A stretch of DNA of 64,000 nucleotides, taken from positions 608,001 through 672,000 of the forward strand of contig CAVXKA010000002.1 in assembly GCA_963762255.1 (NCBI GenBank), given 5' to 3'. Positions 22,196 to 31,190 of this stretch are shown here, piece by piece; the stretch's first letter is position 1, and the number at the start of each line of letters is the position of its first letter. The stretch comes from Candidatus Eiseniibacteriota bacterium (GTDB taxonomy: Bacteria; Eisenbacteria; RBG-16-71-46; JABDJR01). The notes below the pieces were generated by a model, which saw only the letters and a program-made list of their open reading frames with translations, searched no databases and had not been told where the DNA came from. A program made the position numbers and the translations under genes.

Positions 22196-22789
22196 CTAAT
22201 CGATTCCCCGGTCCTTGGCGATCTGTTCACGGATCTCCCTGACGGTCCCGATCCGCTGGGACAGCAGGAAGAGGGTAAGATCGTCACGACCTTCCCAGGG
22301 CACTTCGATCGTGAACTGCACAATCGCCTTATTGGCTACCGTCAACGAATCGCCGCGCACCTCGTCGCCGGTGTCGATGAACCAATCGAAGGGGATATAC
22401 CCGGTGGTCTCCGAGGTCTCCGGGTCCACCTTCCCCTTGACGACTTCAGTAGGAAGAGCGACCGCGCCGCCCGCTTCCGCGTCCTTCACCAGACGAATCT
22501 CCCTGGCGCGCAGCACGATCGGCCCGCTCTCAGTGGCGACATCGACGTGGAAATTGAGGTAGATGTTCCCTTCAGCGGGGATTCTCTTGTCATAGACCGC
22601 ACTGTAAGTACCGTCGCTGAGCACCGCCTTCTCGCCGGTGTTGAGGCGGAGTTCGCTCAGTTCCTGAAACGCCGTGGGGATCAGCGTCAGGGGGCGCTCC
22701 CCCGACGCAGGCAGCGTCTGAGCGCTCGCGCACGCCCCCCAACCGATCTGAGCAATTATCAGAAGCGTCATCATCATGGCTGTACGCAT
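22196..22789 (-). CDS. Hypothetical exported protein
   Basis: Signal-peptide-like N-terminus, AGGAG RBS, co-oriented within the operon; no family recognised. Confidence 0.65.
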   Translation of the reverse strand: MRTAMMMTLLIIAQIGWGACASAQTLPASGERPLTLIPTAFQELSELRLNTGEKAVLSDGTYSAVYDKRIPAEGNIYLNFHVDVATESGPIVLRAREIRLVKDAEAGGAVALPTEVVKGKVDPETSETTGYIPFDWFIDTGDEVRGDSLTVANKAIVQFTIEVPWEGRDDLTLFLLSQRIGTVREIREQIAKDRGID

Positions 22790-22869
22790 CTCTTTCTCCT
22801 GTTACTGGCTCTCATGCCTGAAGGCATGAAGCGTCGGCTGGTCCGAGGGTCCGCGACATCTGTCGCGGA

Positions 22870-23091
22870 TCACCGAGGCAGAAGACGACGCTTGCCCCCG
22901 ACCAGAAGGGCAACGCCGCCGATCAACGCAATCACGCCGACGATTGCTGGAACTGGAATGTTCTTGTGCTCTGTGGCCGTGACGCTCACCGAACCCACTT
23001 CGAGGACCGTCCGGCTCTTGTTGTAGTCGATGCCGCCGTAGACCAGCGCGAGGACTCCGAGAGCGATGAGCACGATGCCGAGAATCTTCAT
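22870..23091 (-). CDS. Small two-TM membrane protein (DUF3185-like)
   Basis: MKILGIVLIALGVLALVYGG...IPVPAIVGVIALIGGVALLV; GGAG RBS. Confidence 0.75.
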   Translation of the reverse strand: MKILGIVLIALGVLALVYGGIDYNKSRTVLEVGSVSVTATEHKNIPVPAIVGVIALIGGVALLVGGKRRLLPR

Positions 23092-23103
23092 TTCACTCCC
23101 TCC

Positions 23104-23736
23104 CTAGCGGAAGTAGAAGGCGACTCCGGCGCCGACATAGGTATACGAGTTGTCGTTGAGGCCGATTCCGACCTCGCCGACCAAATCCGTGGTTTCTGTC
23201 AGGCGGTACTCGATTCCCGGTACGAGATGCACGCTCGTAAACGTGTCGTCGACACCCTCCGGAGCGTCACTGATCTTGTTGAACGAGGCATCCAGGGCGC
23301 CGCAGAGCTCCACGCTTTCCGCCACGTGCCCGCTCAAGAGCGGCGTGAGATCGAACCCCATGCTGTCGGGGCCCCCCTTCTTACCGAATGCCCAATGGAC
23401 GCCTCCCGTCAGCGAGAAATCCAGGCCGGCGTCCTTCTCCTTGCCCTTCATGATCCAGTACTCGCCGTCCGCGCCGATGTACGTACTGTTCTCGAAGAAG
23501 CCCAACTTGGCTTCGGCGTCGAATCGCTCGGTGAATCCATACCCGCCACGGGCGGCAACCCCGAACTCTCCCCCGGCACCATCCTTGTCGAGCGTCAAGA
23601 TCGGGGCGATCATGAACTTGTAGACACCGCGGTCCATCGTCTCCGCGGACTGCAGGACGCCGAAGTTCTGGGCTGCCGCCGGCAGCCCAATGCACAGGGC
23701 CAAACCCGTGGCAAGTACACTCAGAGAAATTCTCAA
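23104..23736 (-). CDS. Outer-membrane beta-barrel protein
   Basis: Signal peptide, alternating amphipathic strands, C-terminal GAGVAFYFR beta-signal. Confidence 0.75.
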   Translation of the reverse strand: MRISLSVLATGLALCIGLPAAAQNFGVLQSAETMDRGVYKFMIAPILTLDKDGAGGEFGVAARGGYGFTERFDAEAKLGFFENSTYIGADGEYWIMKGKEKDAGLDFSLTGGVHWAFGKKGGPDSMGFDLTPLLSGHVAESVELCGALDASFNKISDAPEGVDDTFTSVHLVPGIEYRLTETTDLVGEVGIGLNDNSYTYVGAGVAFYFR

Positions 23737-23850
23737 GTAGCACCCTCCTGGATAGAGATAAAGCGATCGGCGGGGTCCTGCGAGTCCTACGTCTCACTCC
23801 CCGCTTGGCTGACGCGCCGCCCACCGGCAGCGCCTTTCATTGCCCTTCGG

Positions 23851-24351
23851 CTAGTGATAAAACGTCCAGCCGACCGTAACCTTGGCATCCGGAACGTCAT
23901 TGAGGCTGAACTTCCCCTCGATGAAGAAACGGTCGCCGTTCGAGAGCCCCTTCTCGATTCCGCCGAGCACATTGACCCCGATATCGGTCTCCGAATCGTT
24001 GTTGTTACCCGCGTCGACGCTCTTGATGTTCGCCCCGACTCCCCCACCAAGATAGGGGCTCCACACGTCCCAATTCGCGCTGAACCGATAGGCAGCCTCA
24101 GCATTCAGCGTGAAGAGCTTCACGTTATCGCCGAATCCGAGCTCTACATTCGGCTGAAAGCGGACGTGGTTCGCGAACTGTCCGAAGTCGAGGTGGGCCC
24201 CAAAGTGGACCTGATCGGGGTTGAGTGACACTCCGACCCGAGGGCCCCAGCCGCGGAATCCGACATCGGTGCCGGGGGCGGCCAGAGCGAGGGCGGGAAG
24301 CAGTGCGACGCTCAGCACAACTGCAATCAGAGCCGCTCGATTCTTCTTCAT
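23851..24351 (-). CDS. Small outer-membrane beta-barrel (porin/OmpW-like) protein
   Basis: Signal peptide; SPYLGGGVG, GVNVLGG, FFIEGKF; C-terminal VTVGWTFYH. Confidence 0.8.
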   Translation of the reverse strand: MKKNRAALIAVVLSVALLPALALAAPGTDVGFRGWGPRVGVSLNPDQVHFGAHLDFGQFANHVRFQPNVELGFGDNVKLFTLNAEAAYRFSANWDVWSPYLGGGVGANIKSVDAGNNNDSETDIGVNVLGGIEKGLSNGDRFFIEGKFSLNDVPDAKVTVGWTFYH

Positions 24352-24393
24352 GTTCGTCTCCTCTCGATGGTACCGATCCGCGATGGTCCTGGA

Positions 24394-25056
24394 TCAGCGC
24401 TGGGCCGGGACTTGAACGCTCATGGAACTCGTCATGTGCACGGCCAGCTTCTGGCCGGGGTTCAGCTCCAAGTCGTCGCCCTTGGTCGCGAGCATGATGA
24501 TCGCTCCGGCACCCGCACCTGCGCCGGCCCCGATCGCCGCGCCCTTCCCTCCACCTGCTATCCCGCCGATGATCCCGCCGAGGACCCCCCCCGCCGCGAT
24601 CTTCTCGACGTCGCCACGCGTGGCGGAGGCCGCCTTCAGCGTGAGCGGCAGCGCGGAGATCGACTGGGTCTTCCCCTGCGAGTCGACGATCGTCTCGTAT
24701 GCAAGCGTCATCTGCGCGCGGCCCTCGACCCGGCCGGATGCCTCGACGTCGCGCAGCACTCCGTGAATCTGTGCGCCGGTCGGGATGACAGTCCTTCCGC
24801 CCACGATGATGGGTTCCGTCGTCGTCGCCCGGAACGAATCGCCTGTGTGGTTCGTTTCCGTGGAAAGCTGCGTGTCGAGCTGCGCGACGATGCTGGTTCC
24901 GTCGGGGATGACAAGTGTCTCAAAGCGCGGCTTCTGTACAGCCGGGGGTTGCGCCGCGGCCGCGTCTTTGACGCTCTCCTGGTTCTTCGCGCAACCCACC
25001 GTGACCGCAGCAGCGATCAGAAGTAGCATGCCGAAACTGGCTGGAAGTCGTTTCAT
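24394..25056 (-). CDS. Lipoprotein with TrbI/VirB10-like beta domain and glycine zipper
   Basis: Start moved to MKRLPA (GAGG RBS). Lipobox TVGC; IPDGT..LST...GDSF..VIPTGAQIHG; GGVLGGIIGGIAGGGKGAAIGAGAGAGAG glycine zipper. Confidence 0.75.
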   Translation of the reverse strand: MKRLPASFGMLLLIAAAVTVGCAKNQESVKDAAAAQPPAVQKPRFETLVIPDGTSIVAQLDTQLSTETNHTGDSFRATTTEPIIVGGRTVIPTGAQIHGVLRDVEASGRVEGRAQMTLAYETIVDSQGKTQSISALPLTLKAASATRGDVEKIAAGGVLGGIIGGIAGGGKGAAIGAGAGAGAGAIIMLATKGDDLELNPGQKLAVHMTSSMSVQVPAQR

Positions 25057-25182
25057 TGTAGTAACCTCTTTTCCTCGAACTGACCGAGTGAACTCACCCT
25101 GGGACAGGTTCCCGATCCTTACCGACTCTGAGTCCGGCGGAATGGGTGTCCCGCGCCGCACTCAGACCATCACTGCCACCTT

Positions 25183-25452
25183 CTATTGCGATGGCTTTTT
25201 GAACGCGGCTTCGAGGTCGTCCCAGGCGCTCTTCAACTCCGCCTTGAGGCGCACCTGCCGCGTGTCTTCCGCTGACTTGAACTCTACGAATCTCGAGTGC
25301 ACGATCGCGTACAGGGCCTTGAGCTCATCGACGTATATGAGGGCGTCGAACCCCTTCTGTACGCCGGCCATCTCCGTCTTGGCCGCCAGGCGGTCTATCC
25401 TCAAGCTCCAGTGCTTGAGTTGCGCGTCCATTTTCTCCATGGCCGGTTCCAT
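25183..25452 (-). CDS. Small coiled-coil protein (KxxAQLKxW family)
   Basis: MEKMDAQLKHWSLRIDRL...AWDDLEAAF heptad pattern; first gene after the sigma54 promoter; GGAG RBS. Confidence 0.7.
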   Translation of the reverse strand: MEPAMEKMDAQLKHWSLRIDRLAAKTEMAGVQKGFDALIYVDELKALYAIVHSRFVEFKSAEDTRQVRLKAELKSAWDDLEAAFKKPSQ

Positions 25453-25557
25453 GGGCTCTCCCTCTGGTGTTACCCACAATTAGGTAGTCACGTAAGTCAT
25501 CTCGCAGCGACCCGGACCAGTAGTGAACTGCTGCTCTTAGGAGCCCACTTTTCAACA

Positions 25558-25573
25558 AGCAATATTCGTGCCG
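25558..25573 (-). promoter_or_regulatory. sigma54 (-24/-12) promoter for the 25452->19725 arm
   Basis: Minus strand CGGCAC-GAATA-TTGCT matches YGGCAC-N5-TTGCW. Confidence 0.8.
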
Positions 25574-25578
25574 CTGAT

Positions 25579-25591
25579 TAAGTGATTGATT
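25579..25591 (-). promoter_or_regulatory. IHF binding site
   Basis: Minus strand AATCAATCACTTA is an exact WATCAANNNNTTR match just upstream of the -24 box. Confidence 0.6.
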
Positions 25592-25710
25592 CCCATGTAG
25601 TTCGCAATAACGGGTGTTCTCGGACCCTATCAGAATGAGGTAGGGCCGATCAGAAGAATTGAGGGGTCCGCGCGCGACGAGGACATTCGCGTCGCACGGG
25701 TCCGCCCGAC

Positions 25711-27789
25711 TCAGGGAAGCTGCCAGGCAATCGACACGGCCGAACTCCCATCATCGAACCCTCGGGCGACATCGATCCGAAGCTGGCCCGTCGCGGCCAG
25801 TCCCCGCAACCGGAGGCCTGCTCCGCCATCGACCTGCCACGGGACGCGGCCGACCCGCCCCGTCCCCCACGGTTTGGCCCCGTCCACAAAGAGGGCCCAT
25901 CCGAGCTGCAAGGGTCCAAGCCTCAAAGCCCAGGACTGTCTCTCGATCGTCCCGTGGACAAGCGTGCGCCCGAAGGCGCGGCCCTGAACGACGCCCCCGC
26001 GCAGCAGGGGGTGCGCCCGGAGGAGGGGGACGCGGCCGTATCCGGTTCCCGCCCCGGACCAGAGCGCCAAAGGAGCATCGGAGGTCGTGCTGGACATCCC
26101 CAATCGGCCTTGCCACGCGTCGCACCTCCCCAACCCGATCGAGGACCACTTGAGGGATAGACCGCCGGCCCCGAACGGAGCACCGTCTGCGAGGCTGAAC
26201 CACCTGGCTAGCTCGGCGCGCAGCGCCAGACGGTCGCGTGCCCAACGTGTCTCGACGCCCCCCTCCAAGGAGATGTGGGAGCCGCGGCCGACCCACGTGT
26301 CCAGAGCGGCGCCAATCTCGAGGCGTACGTCCGGGCCGAGCCAGTCTGAGAACGAGAGGCCGGTGCGTCGCCGCTCCTCTCGGTTCGGCTCCCCACGGTA
26401 CGTGCCGCTCGTATCGGAAAGAAAGCGAGCCGAATAAGCTTGTCGTTCCCAGAAGCCGTCCACACGCCAGATCCCAGGCCGGACCCCGGCCGCCGGAATC
26501 GCGAGCGCCAACGAGACGCGCGGTCGATTCCTTTGCCACCGCCACCCACCAGTCCAGAGCTCGCCATTCCCGGTGGGACTCGCAACATCGAGGAGTACTT
26601 CATGCGCGGTGAGAGCCTTGATGCCTGCGCCGCCGACATCCCACGGGCCGTCGAACACGGACGGACGCTCCAGGAGGGCCACGTTCACCTGAGCGATCCC
26701 TTGCGGCATGGGCTTCACGCTCAGTTGAGACCCCATCTGGGCGGGCACGTCGGCCAGACGCCGGCGCGCTCGTCGAAATGCTTGCGGTGTGAGAAGCCGC
26801 CCCGGCGGAAGATCGAGCTGACCGGCCACGGCGGAGAAACGAATGCGCGTCAGGCCGTCGATGCGCGTCAAGTCGGCCCGCGGTTCGGATAATTGGTTCC
26901 AGGCGCGGAGCGCCCCCTCCGTGTCCCCGGCCAGGAAGCAACTGCCGGCCAGAAGCCGCCGGCTGTGGGTATCGCCCGGATCGAGAGTCAGGGCGCGCTC
27001 GGCTAGCTGGCCCGCTCCCGCCCAGTCCTCGGCACGAAACCGCAACCCCGCGCGTTCCCGATATGGGGCGGCGGACATGGGGCAGAGGGATTGCGCCGCG
27101 AGGAACTTGAGCTCCGCCTCCGCGGTGTCGCCTGTCTGGGCCGAGAGGATTCCCGCTTCCACCATGGCGCTGCACGCATCCGGTGCGGCGGGCGGTGATG
27201 AGGGGGCCGCCGCGAAATCCCGTGCACCTTCCTCAATTCCCCCCTGAGGAGGAAGAACGAGGAGTGCCCAGCTTCCGCTCCCGGACCATGCGACCGCAAA
27301 CTCTTCCTCGCGAACGGCCCGGAATGGCCCCACGCTCGGGTCCTGGAGAACCACCCACCCGTTGGCCCAGGCTACGAGCACCACGTAGTGGAACGAGGCC
27401 GAGCCCGCTCGGATCAAGGCGATGACCGGGCGACCCTGGGCGAGATGGTTCTTGGCCTCGGCCGGAGCGCCCGACAAGGGAAGCGCGATCCACCCGTAGG
27501 CTTTGACGGCCTCCACGAGGGCGCCCGTTCGTATGCCGGCCAATCCCGGCTCGATCAGTGCAGCGAAGTCATCGGCCAGGACGCCGCGCATTCCCCAGTA
27601 GCGTAGAACCATAGCGAGGGCGGCCCCACCGCACAGTGCTTCACTCTGTGGGACGTATGGCACGTCGAGAAGCCGCACGCTCTCCGAAGCGCGTCTCTCC
27701 TCCGAGGGCGTGCCGGCAAGCGCGGAGGCGGACCACGGTAAGACGGCCGCCGCCGCGCAGGCGCCAACCACCCGCTGCCACGACTTCAC
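25711..27789 (-). CDS. C39-like (PA2778-type) cysteine peptidase fused to TPR, POTRA-like and Omp85-like beta-barrel domains
   Basis: Signal peptide; VPYVPQSEALCG (Q/C), HYVV and QDP triad; TPR helices; POTRA-like IDGLTRIR..LPPGRLLT..RARRRL..VALLERP; barrel strands with LRAH, FVDGA, GAGLRL and LRIDVA motifs. Confidence 0.8.
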   Translation of the reverse strand: MKSWQRVVGACAAAAVLPWSASALAGTPSEERRASESVRLLDVPYVPQSEALCGGAALAMVLRYWGMRGVLADDFAALIEPGLAGIRTGALVEAVKAYGWIALPLSGAPAEAKNHLAQGRPVIALIRAGSASFHYVVLVAWANGWVVLQDPSVGPFRAVREEEFAVAWSGSGSWALLVLPPQGGIEEGARDFAAAPSSPPAAPDACSAMVEAGILSAQTGDTAEAELKFLAAQSLCPMSAAPYRERAGLRFRAEDWAGAGQLAERALTLDPGDTHSRRLLAGSCFLAGDTEGALRAWNQLSEPRADLTRIDGLTRIRFSAVAGQLDLPPGRLLTPQAFRRARRRLADVPAQMGSQLSVKPMPQGIAQVNVALLERPSVFDGPWDVGGAGIKALTAHEVLLDVASPTGNGELWTGGWRWQRNRPRVSLALAIPAAGVRPGIWRVDGFWERQAYSARFLSDTSGTYRGEPNREERRRTGLSFSDWLGPDVRLEIGAALDTWVGRGSHISLEGGVETRWARDRLALRAELARWFSLADGAPFGAGGLSLKWSSIGLGRCDAWQGRLGMSSTTSDAPLALWSGAGTGYGRVPLLRAHPLLRGGVVQGRAFGRTLVHGTIERQSWALRLGPLQLGWALFVDGAKPWGTGRVGRVPWQVDGGAGLRLRGLAATGQLRIDVARGFDDGSSAVSIAWQLP

Positions 27790-27800
27790 GACTGGAGGCC

Positions 27801-28193
27801 TCAGGCCAAGATGATGATGATCAGCAGAATGATGATGATCGTGGTCGTCGAAATGACGACCGTGTTGCTCCCTCCAGCGATGTCGGCGTTGACCGCCCTG
27901 GCCTGCGAGGCCAACTCATCGAGAGAGGGTCCCGACAGAACCGCGGCGGCGGCACTGGCCCGCTCGAGATCCAGGCCGACAGAGCCGGCGATCTGGCGGA
28001 CATCCTCCCGCTGCAAGAGGGATTGAATCGCCTGTCGGTCGGCGTCGGCTTGGCTGATCTGTTGATCGATTCTGGCCTGGATCTCGTTCGCGCCGACCAC
28101 GTGACCTTGCGGTTCGCCGGCCAGGCTGGCTCCCGCCGTGCCAAGAGTGACCGCGGCGAAGAAAGCAAGGGCAAACCCCTTGTACATTGTCAT
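27801..28193 (-). CDS. PA2779-family-like exported protein with AGG motif and Ile-rich hydrophobic C-terminal tail
   Basis: Start reassigned to MTMYKG (AGGA RBS). Signal peptide; DRQAIQSLLQREDVR..GLD..LSGPSLDELA..IAGG followed by SNTVVISTTTIIIILLIIIILA. Confidence 0.75.
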   Translation of the reverse strand: MTMYKGFALAFFAAVTLGTAGASLAGEPQGHVVGANEIQARIDQQISQADADRQAIQSLLQREDVRQIAGSVGLDLERASAAAAVLSGPSLDELASQARAVNADIAGGSNTVVISTTTIIIILLIIIILA

Positions 28194-28317
28194 GGCTTGT
28201 TCCTGTTCGTTTGATGCGTCGAAGTTCTGACTCGAGCGGGCCGCCCCGGGATACCCGGGACTGTGCGACCCGATCGCTGTGGGCGGACGCCCTTCATCTT
28301 GACCCGGCCACAAGCAA

Positions 28318-28333
28318 TGCAACCTACGTGCCG
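28318..28333 (-). promoter_or_regulatory. sigma54 promoter for the PA2779-like/C39-Omp85 pair
   Basis: Minus strand CGGCAC-GTAGG-TTGCA; IHF-like GATCAAGTAGTTG at 28350-28362 upstream. Confidence 0.8.
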
Positions 28334-28401
28334 CGCAGTGGCTGACACGCAACTACTTGATCCGATGACACCTGACGTCACCGGTCGTGCCGGGAACTTC
28401 A

Positions 28402-28460
28402 ATCAACTTGGCGGTAAAGCATCGCAATGATGTCTGGTCGATCGTTTTGATCAAGTTGAC
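28402..28460. promoter_or_regulatory. Candidate enhancer (UAS) array ATC(A/G)-N3-TGA between divergent sigma54 promoters
   Basis: ATCAACTTGGC (28402), ATCGCAATGAT (28421), ATCGTTTTGAT (28441) and ATCAAGTTGAC (28450); the first three are 19-20 bp apart. Confidence 0.45.
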
Positions 28461-28515
28461 GCAGCCTCCCTGCCGTCCATTGGTTGAATCATAGACACTT
28501 GCGCGGATTTGGAAG

Positions 28516-28531
28516 CGGCACGCGAGTTGCT
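28516..28531 (+). promoter_or_regulatory. sigma54 promoter for the beta-barrel gene
   Basis: CGGCAC-GCGAG-TTGCT. Confidence 0.8.
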
Positions 28532-28648
28532 CTATGGAGAGACGAGTACAGATTGTCGGAGGCCGGGAGAATCACGCCTGCGTGTAATGAAGGGGCCTGT
28601 GCGGCCCTATGCACCGGCCTGACGAACAGTTACCGGAAGGAGAGTTTC

Positions 28649-29344
28649 ATGAGACGAGACATTGGGAATGGTCGCAACGGAACAGTTGTGATAGCGAAGT
28701 GGGCCTTGTTCGTACTGGTCCTGCTCGGCGTGGCCGGTCTCTCGCCCCGAGATTCCTGGGCGGAGATGCCCGGGAGCTACATGGTGCTCAAGGGCGGCAT
28801 CTACTCGCCCAGCGCGACCTTTGACCTCGGCAATGTCGACGTCGAGACCACTTTCGACGGCGACACCGAGACGGGAGTCGCCGGCGAGATCGCGTTCGGC
28901 CACCACGTCCTTCCGACGCTCGCCCTTGAGCTGGGCATCGGCTATTTCAACGGAAAGGGTACCGTCGAGGGAGACACTCCGACCGCCCCTCGCCGCAAGG
29001 CGGACTTCGACGTCATCCCGCTCCTCCTCTCCGCCAAGCTTCTCATGCCCATAGGGCAAGTCGAGCCGTACGGCGAGCTGGGAGTCGGCGCCTACTTCAC
29101 CAAGTTCGACGTGAGCGACAACCTCAACACTTTCGATGGAACCACGACCTTTGGGCTTCATGTCGGAGCCGGGCTGAACATCCCGGTCGCGCAGAGCGTC
29201 TTCATAGGGGTCGAGGGGAGATACGTCTGGGCCAATCCCTCGTTCGGTGACCAGAAGGTCAAGCTGAACGACACCGAGTACGCCGTGAATGGATTCGAGT
29301 TGAACGGGTTCACGACCATGGCGGCCTTGGGCTATCGCTTCTGA
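28649..29344 (+). CDS. Outer-membrane beta-barrel (porin/OmpW-like) protein
   Basis: Start at MRRDIG after AAGGAG; signal peptide; EPYGELGVG, FGLHVGAG, GVEGRY; C-terminal LGYRF. Confidence 0.8.
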   Translation: MRRDIGNGRNGTVVIAKWALFVLVLLGVAGLSPRDSWAEMPGSYMVLKGGIYSPSATFDLGNVDVETTFDGDTETGVAGEIAFGHHVLPTLALELGIGYFNGKGTVEGDTPTAPRRKADFDVIPLLLSAKLLMPIGQVEPYGELGVGAYFTKFDVSDNLNTFDGTTTFGLHVGAGLNIPVAQSVFIGVEGRYVWANPSFGDQKVKLNDTEYAVNGFELNGFTTMAALGYRF

Positions 29345-29390
29345 CGGGCAGCACCACTCCCTCGCGAATCGGAACGTCGCGTCCCCTTCA

Positions 29391-29471
29391 GCAAGTCCCA
29401 TGCAATTCGGACGTTAGCCTCTTCCCGGCTAAGGGTAAGTTATATCAGGAGGTTAGCGGCATGGGACTTGC
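29391..29471. repeat. 13-bp inverted repeat GCAAGTCCCATGC / GCATGGGACTTGC
   Basis: Arms at 29391-29403 and 29459-29471; the right arm lies within the sigma54 promoter. Confidence 0.7.
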
Positions 29472-29472
29472 G
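29457..29472 (+). promoter_or_regulatory. sigma54 promoter upstream of the activator gene
   Basis: CGGCAT-GGGAC-TTGCG; IHF-like TATCAGGAGGTTA immediately upstream. Confidence 0.65.
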
Positions 29473-29507
29473 TTGCACATCCAGAGGAGGCATTATCACG
29501 GGGACGA

Positions 29508-31190
29508 ATGGAGGTTTCCATGCGCGTCGAAGACTTAAGCATTGCCGAATTGGTCGAGTTCGATGCGGAGGGAGGCACAGTCCGCTTTGCCGGCGAGCGC
29601 GCGCTCATCATTGACGCGACGGCGAAGGGAACCCTGCGCAAGGAGCTGATCAACCACTTCGGCATTAGCACCGCGCGCGCCGTTCTCACCCGTTTCGGGT
29701 TCGTACAGGGCTGGCGCATGGCCGAGGCGATGCAGGACCTGTTCCATTGGGATAACGAGGACGACTGGCAACTGGCCTGCGGTCGAATCCACATGCTCGA
29801 AGGTATGTACCGCCTCGGGCCGGGCACCCCCGGATCGCTGACCGAGGAGGGTCTGACGCTGGTTGGCTCCTATGAAGCGGAGCAGCACGTCGCCCACCTC
29901 GGGCGAAGCGACACCTCGGTGTGCTGGACGATCTGCGGCCTGACCAGCGGTTACCTGAGTCGGATCCTGGGCAAAGAGATGTACGTTCTCGAAGAACGCT
30001 GCATCGGACGGGGTGACGCGGCATGTCGCCTCCTCGGTCGCACCCGCGAGGAGTGGGGCGACAATCGAGCCGCGGAGCTCGCCTTCTATCGAGCCGAGAA
30101 CCTCAAGGAATGGCTCGAGCCCTCGCTCCACCAGATCACCGAGAACCTCAAGGAGACCGAGAGGAAGCTCTACGAGAAGCAGCGCGTGCTCACCCGCCTG
30201 GCCCCCGAGGTGGAGGATCCGCTTGGGATGATCGTGCGGAGTGCCGCCATGCGGCGTGTCATCGATCTCGCGCGAAGAATCGCGAAGGTGGATTCGACCG
30301 CCCTCATCACCGGGGAGAGCGGGACGGGCAAGGAACTCATCGCGCACCTGGTCCACGATGAATCCGCCCGCGCACCGGGGCCGTTCATCGCGGTCAACTG
30401 CGGCGCGATCACGGAGTCACTCCTCGAGAGCGAGCTCTTCGGCCACGCACGCGGTGCGTTCACGGGCGCCGCGCACGAGCGAGCCGGCTTGTTCGAGGCG
30501 GCCAACGGCGGGACGCTGCTGCTCGACGAGATCGGCGACGTCTCTCCAGGCATGCAGGTCAAGCTGCTGCGTGTCCTCCAGGAGCGAGAGATCCGCCGCG
30601 TCGGCGAGAACAAGAGCCGGCCCGTGAACGTGCGGGTGATGGCCGCCACGAACCGCGAACTCGCCGCGGACATCGCGGCCGGTCGCTTCCGCAAGGATCT
30701 GTACTACCGGCTGAACGTGGTGCAAGTCCACGTGCCGGCACTGCGGGATAGGCGGGAGGACATTCTCCCTCTGGCGCGCGTCCTGTTGAGCGATGCCGCC
30801 GAACGGATCGGCCGCCCGGTGACCGGGCTGACTCCGCGCGCCGCGGACCAGTTGTTGCGATACGACTGGCCGGGCAACGTACGCGAACTGGAGAATGCCA
30901 TGGAGCGCGCCGTCGCGCTCGGCCGCGCCAACCTCATCGAGCTCGACGAGCTGCCGGAAGAGGTCCGGCAGGCGGTGCCGATGCCGTCGATTTCCGGTCC
31001 GGTGAGACCACTCGAAGAGATCGAAAAGGACTATATCCTGGCCGTGCTCGACCGCAACGAGGGACACCGGACCCGCACCGCCGAGCAGCTCAACATCGGT
31101 TCGGCGACTCTCTCCCGGAAATTGAAGAGCTACGGAGTCGTACGTGGATCGAGCGCCGCGGGGGACGAGGATTCCACCCTCTCATCTTGA
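29508..31190 (+). CDS. sigma54-dependent enhancer-binding protein with XylR_N/V4R sensor, AAA+ and Fis HTH domains
   Basis: GTVRFAGERA, CWTICGLTSGYLS and EERCIGRGDAACR (V4R); GESGTGKE, ESELFGHARGAFTGA, LLDEIGD, DLYYRLNV, WPGNVRELEN; C-terminal HTH. Start may be 29520. Confidence 0.93.
   Translation: MEVSMRVEDLSIAELVEFDAEGGTVRFAGERALIIDATAKGTLRKELINHFGISTARAVLTRFGFVQGWRMAEAMQDLFHWDNEDDWQLACGRIHMLEGMYRLGPGTPGSLTEEGLTLVGSYEAEQHVAHLGRSDTSVCWTICGLTSGYLSRILGKEMYVLEERCIGRGDAACRLLGRTREEWGDNRAAELAFYRAENLKEWLEPSLHQITENLKETERKLYEKQRVLTRLAPEVEDPLGMIVRSAAMRRVIDLARRIAKVDSTALITGESGTGKELIAHLVHDESARAPGPFIAVNCGAITESLLESELFGHARGAFTGAAHERAGLFEAANGGTLLLDEIGDVSPGMQVKLLRVLQEREIRRVGENKSRPVNVRVMAATNRELAADIAAGRFRKDLYYRLNVVQVHVPALRDRREDILPLARVLLSDAAERIGRPVTGLTPRAADQLLRYDWPGNVRELENAMERAVALGRANLIELDELPEEVRQAVPMPSISGPVRPLEEIEKDYILAVLDRNEGHRTRTAEQLNIGSATLSRKLKSYGVVRGSSAAGDEDSTLSS

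Noticed and set aside
22812-22869. Two short intergenic hairpins (22812-22829, 22850-22869)
   Set aside because: No U-tract and not repeated elsewhere; probably ordinary mRNA stability elements.
28200-28648. c-di-GMP riboswitch in the ~100-nt leaders of the divergent sigma54 transcripts
   Set aside because: No GEMM-type GGCAAA/GAAA tetraloop-receptor pattern seen.
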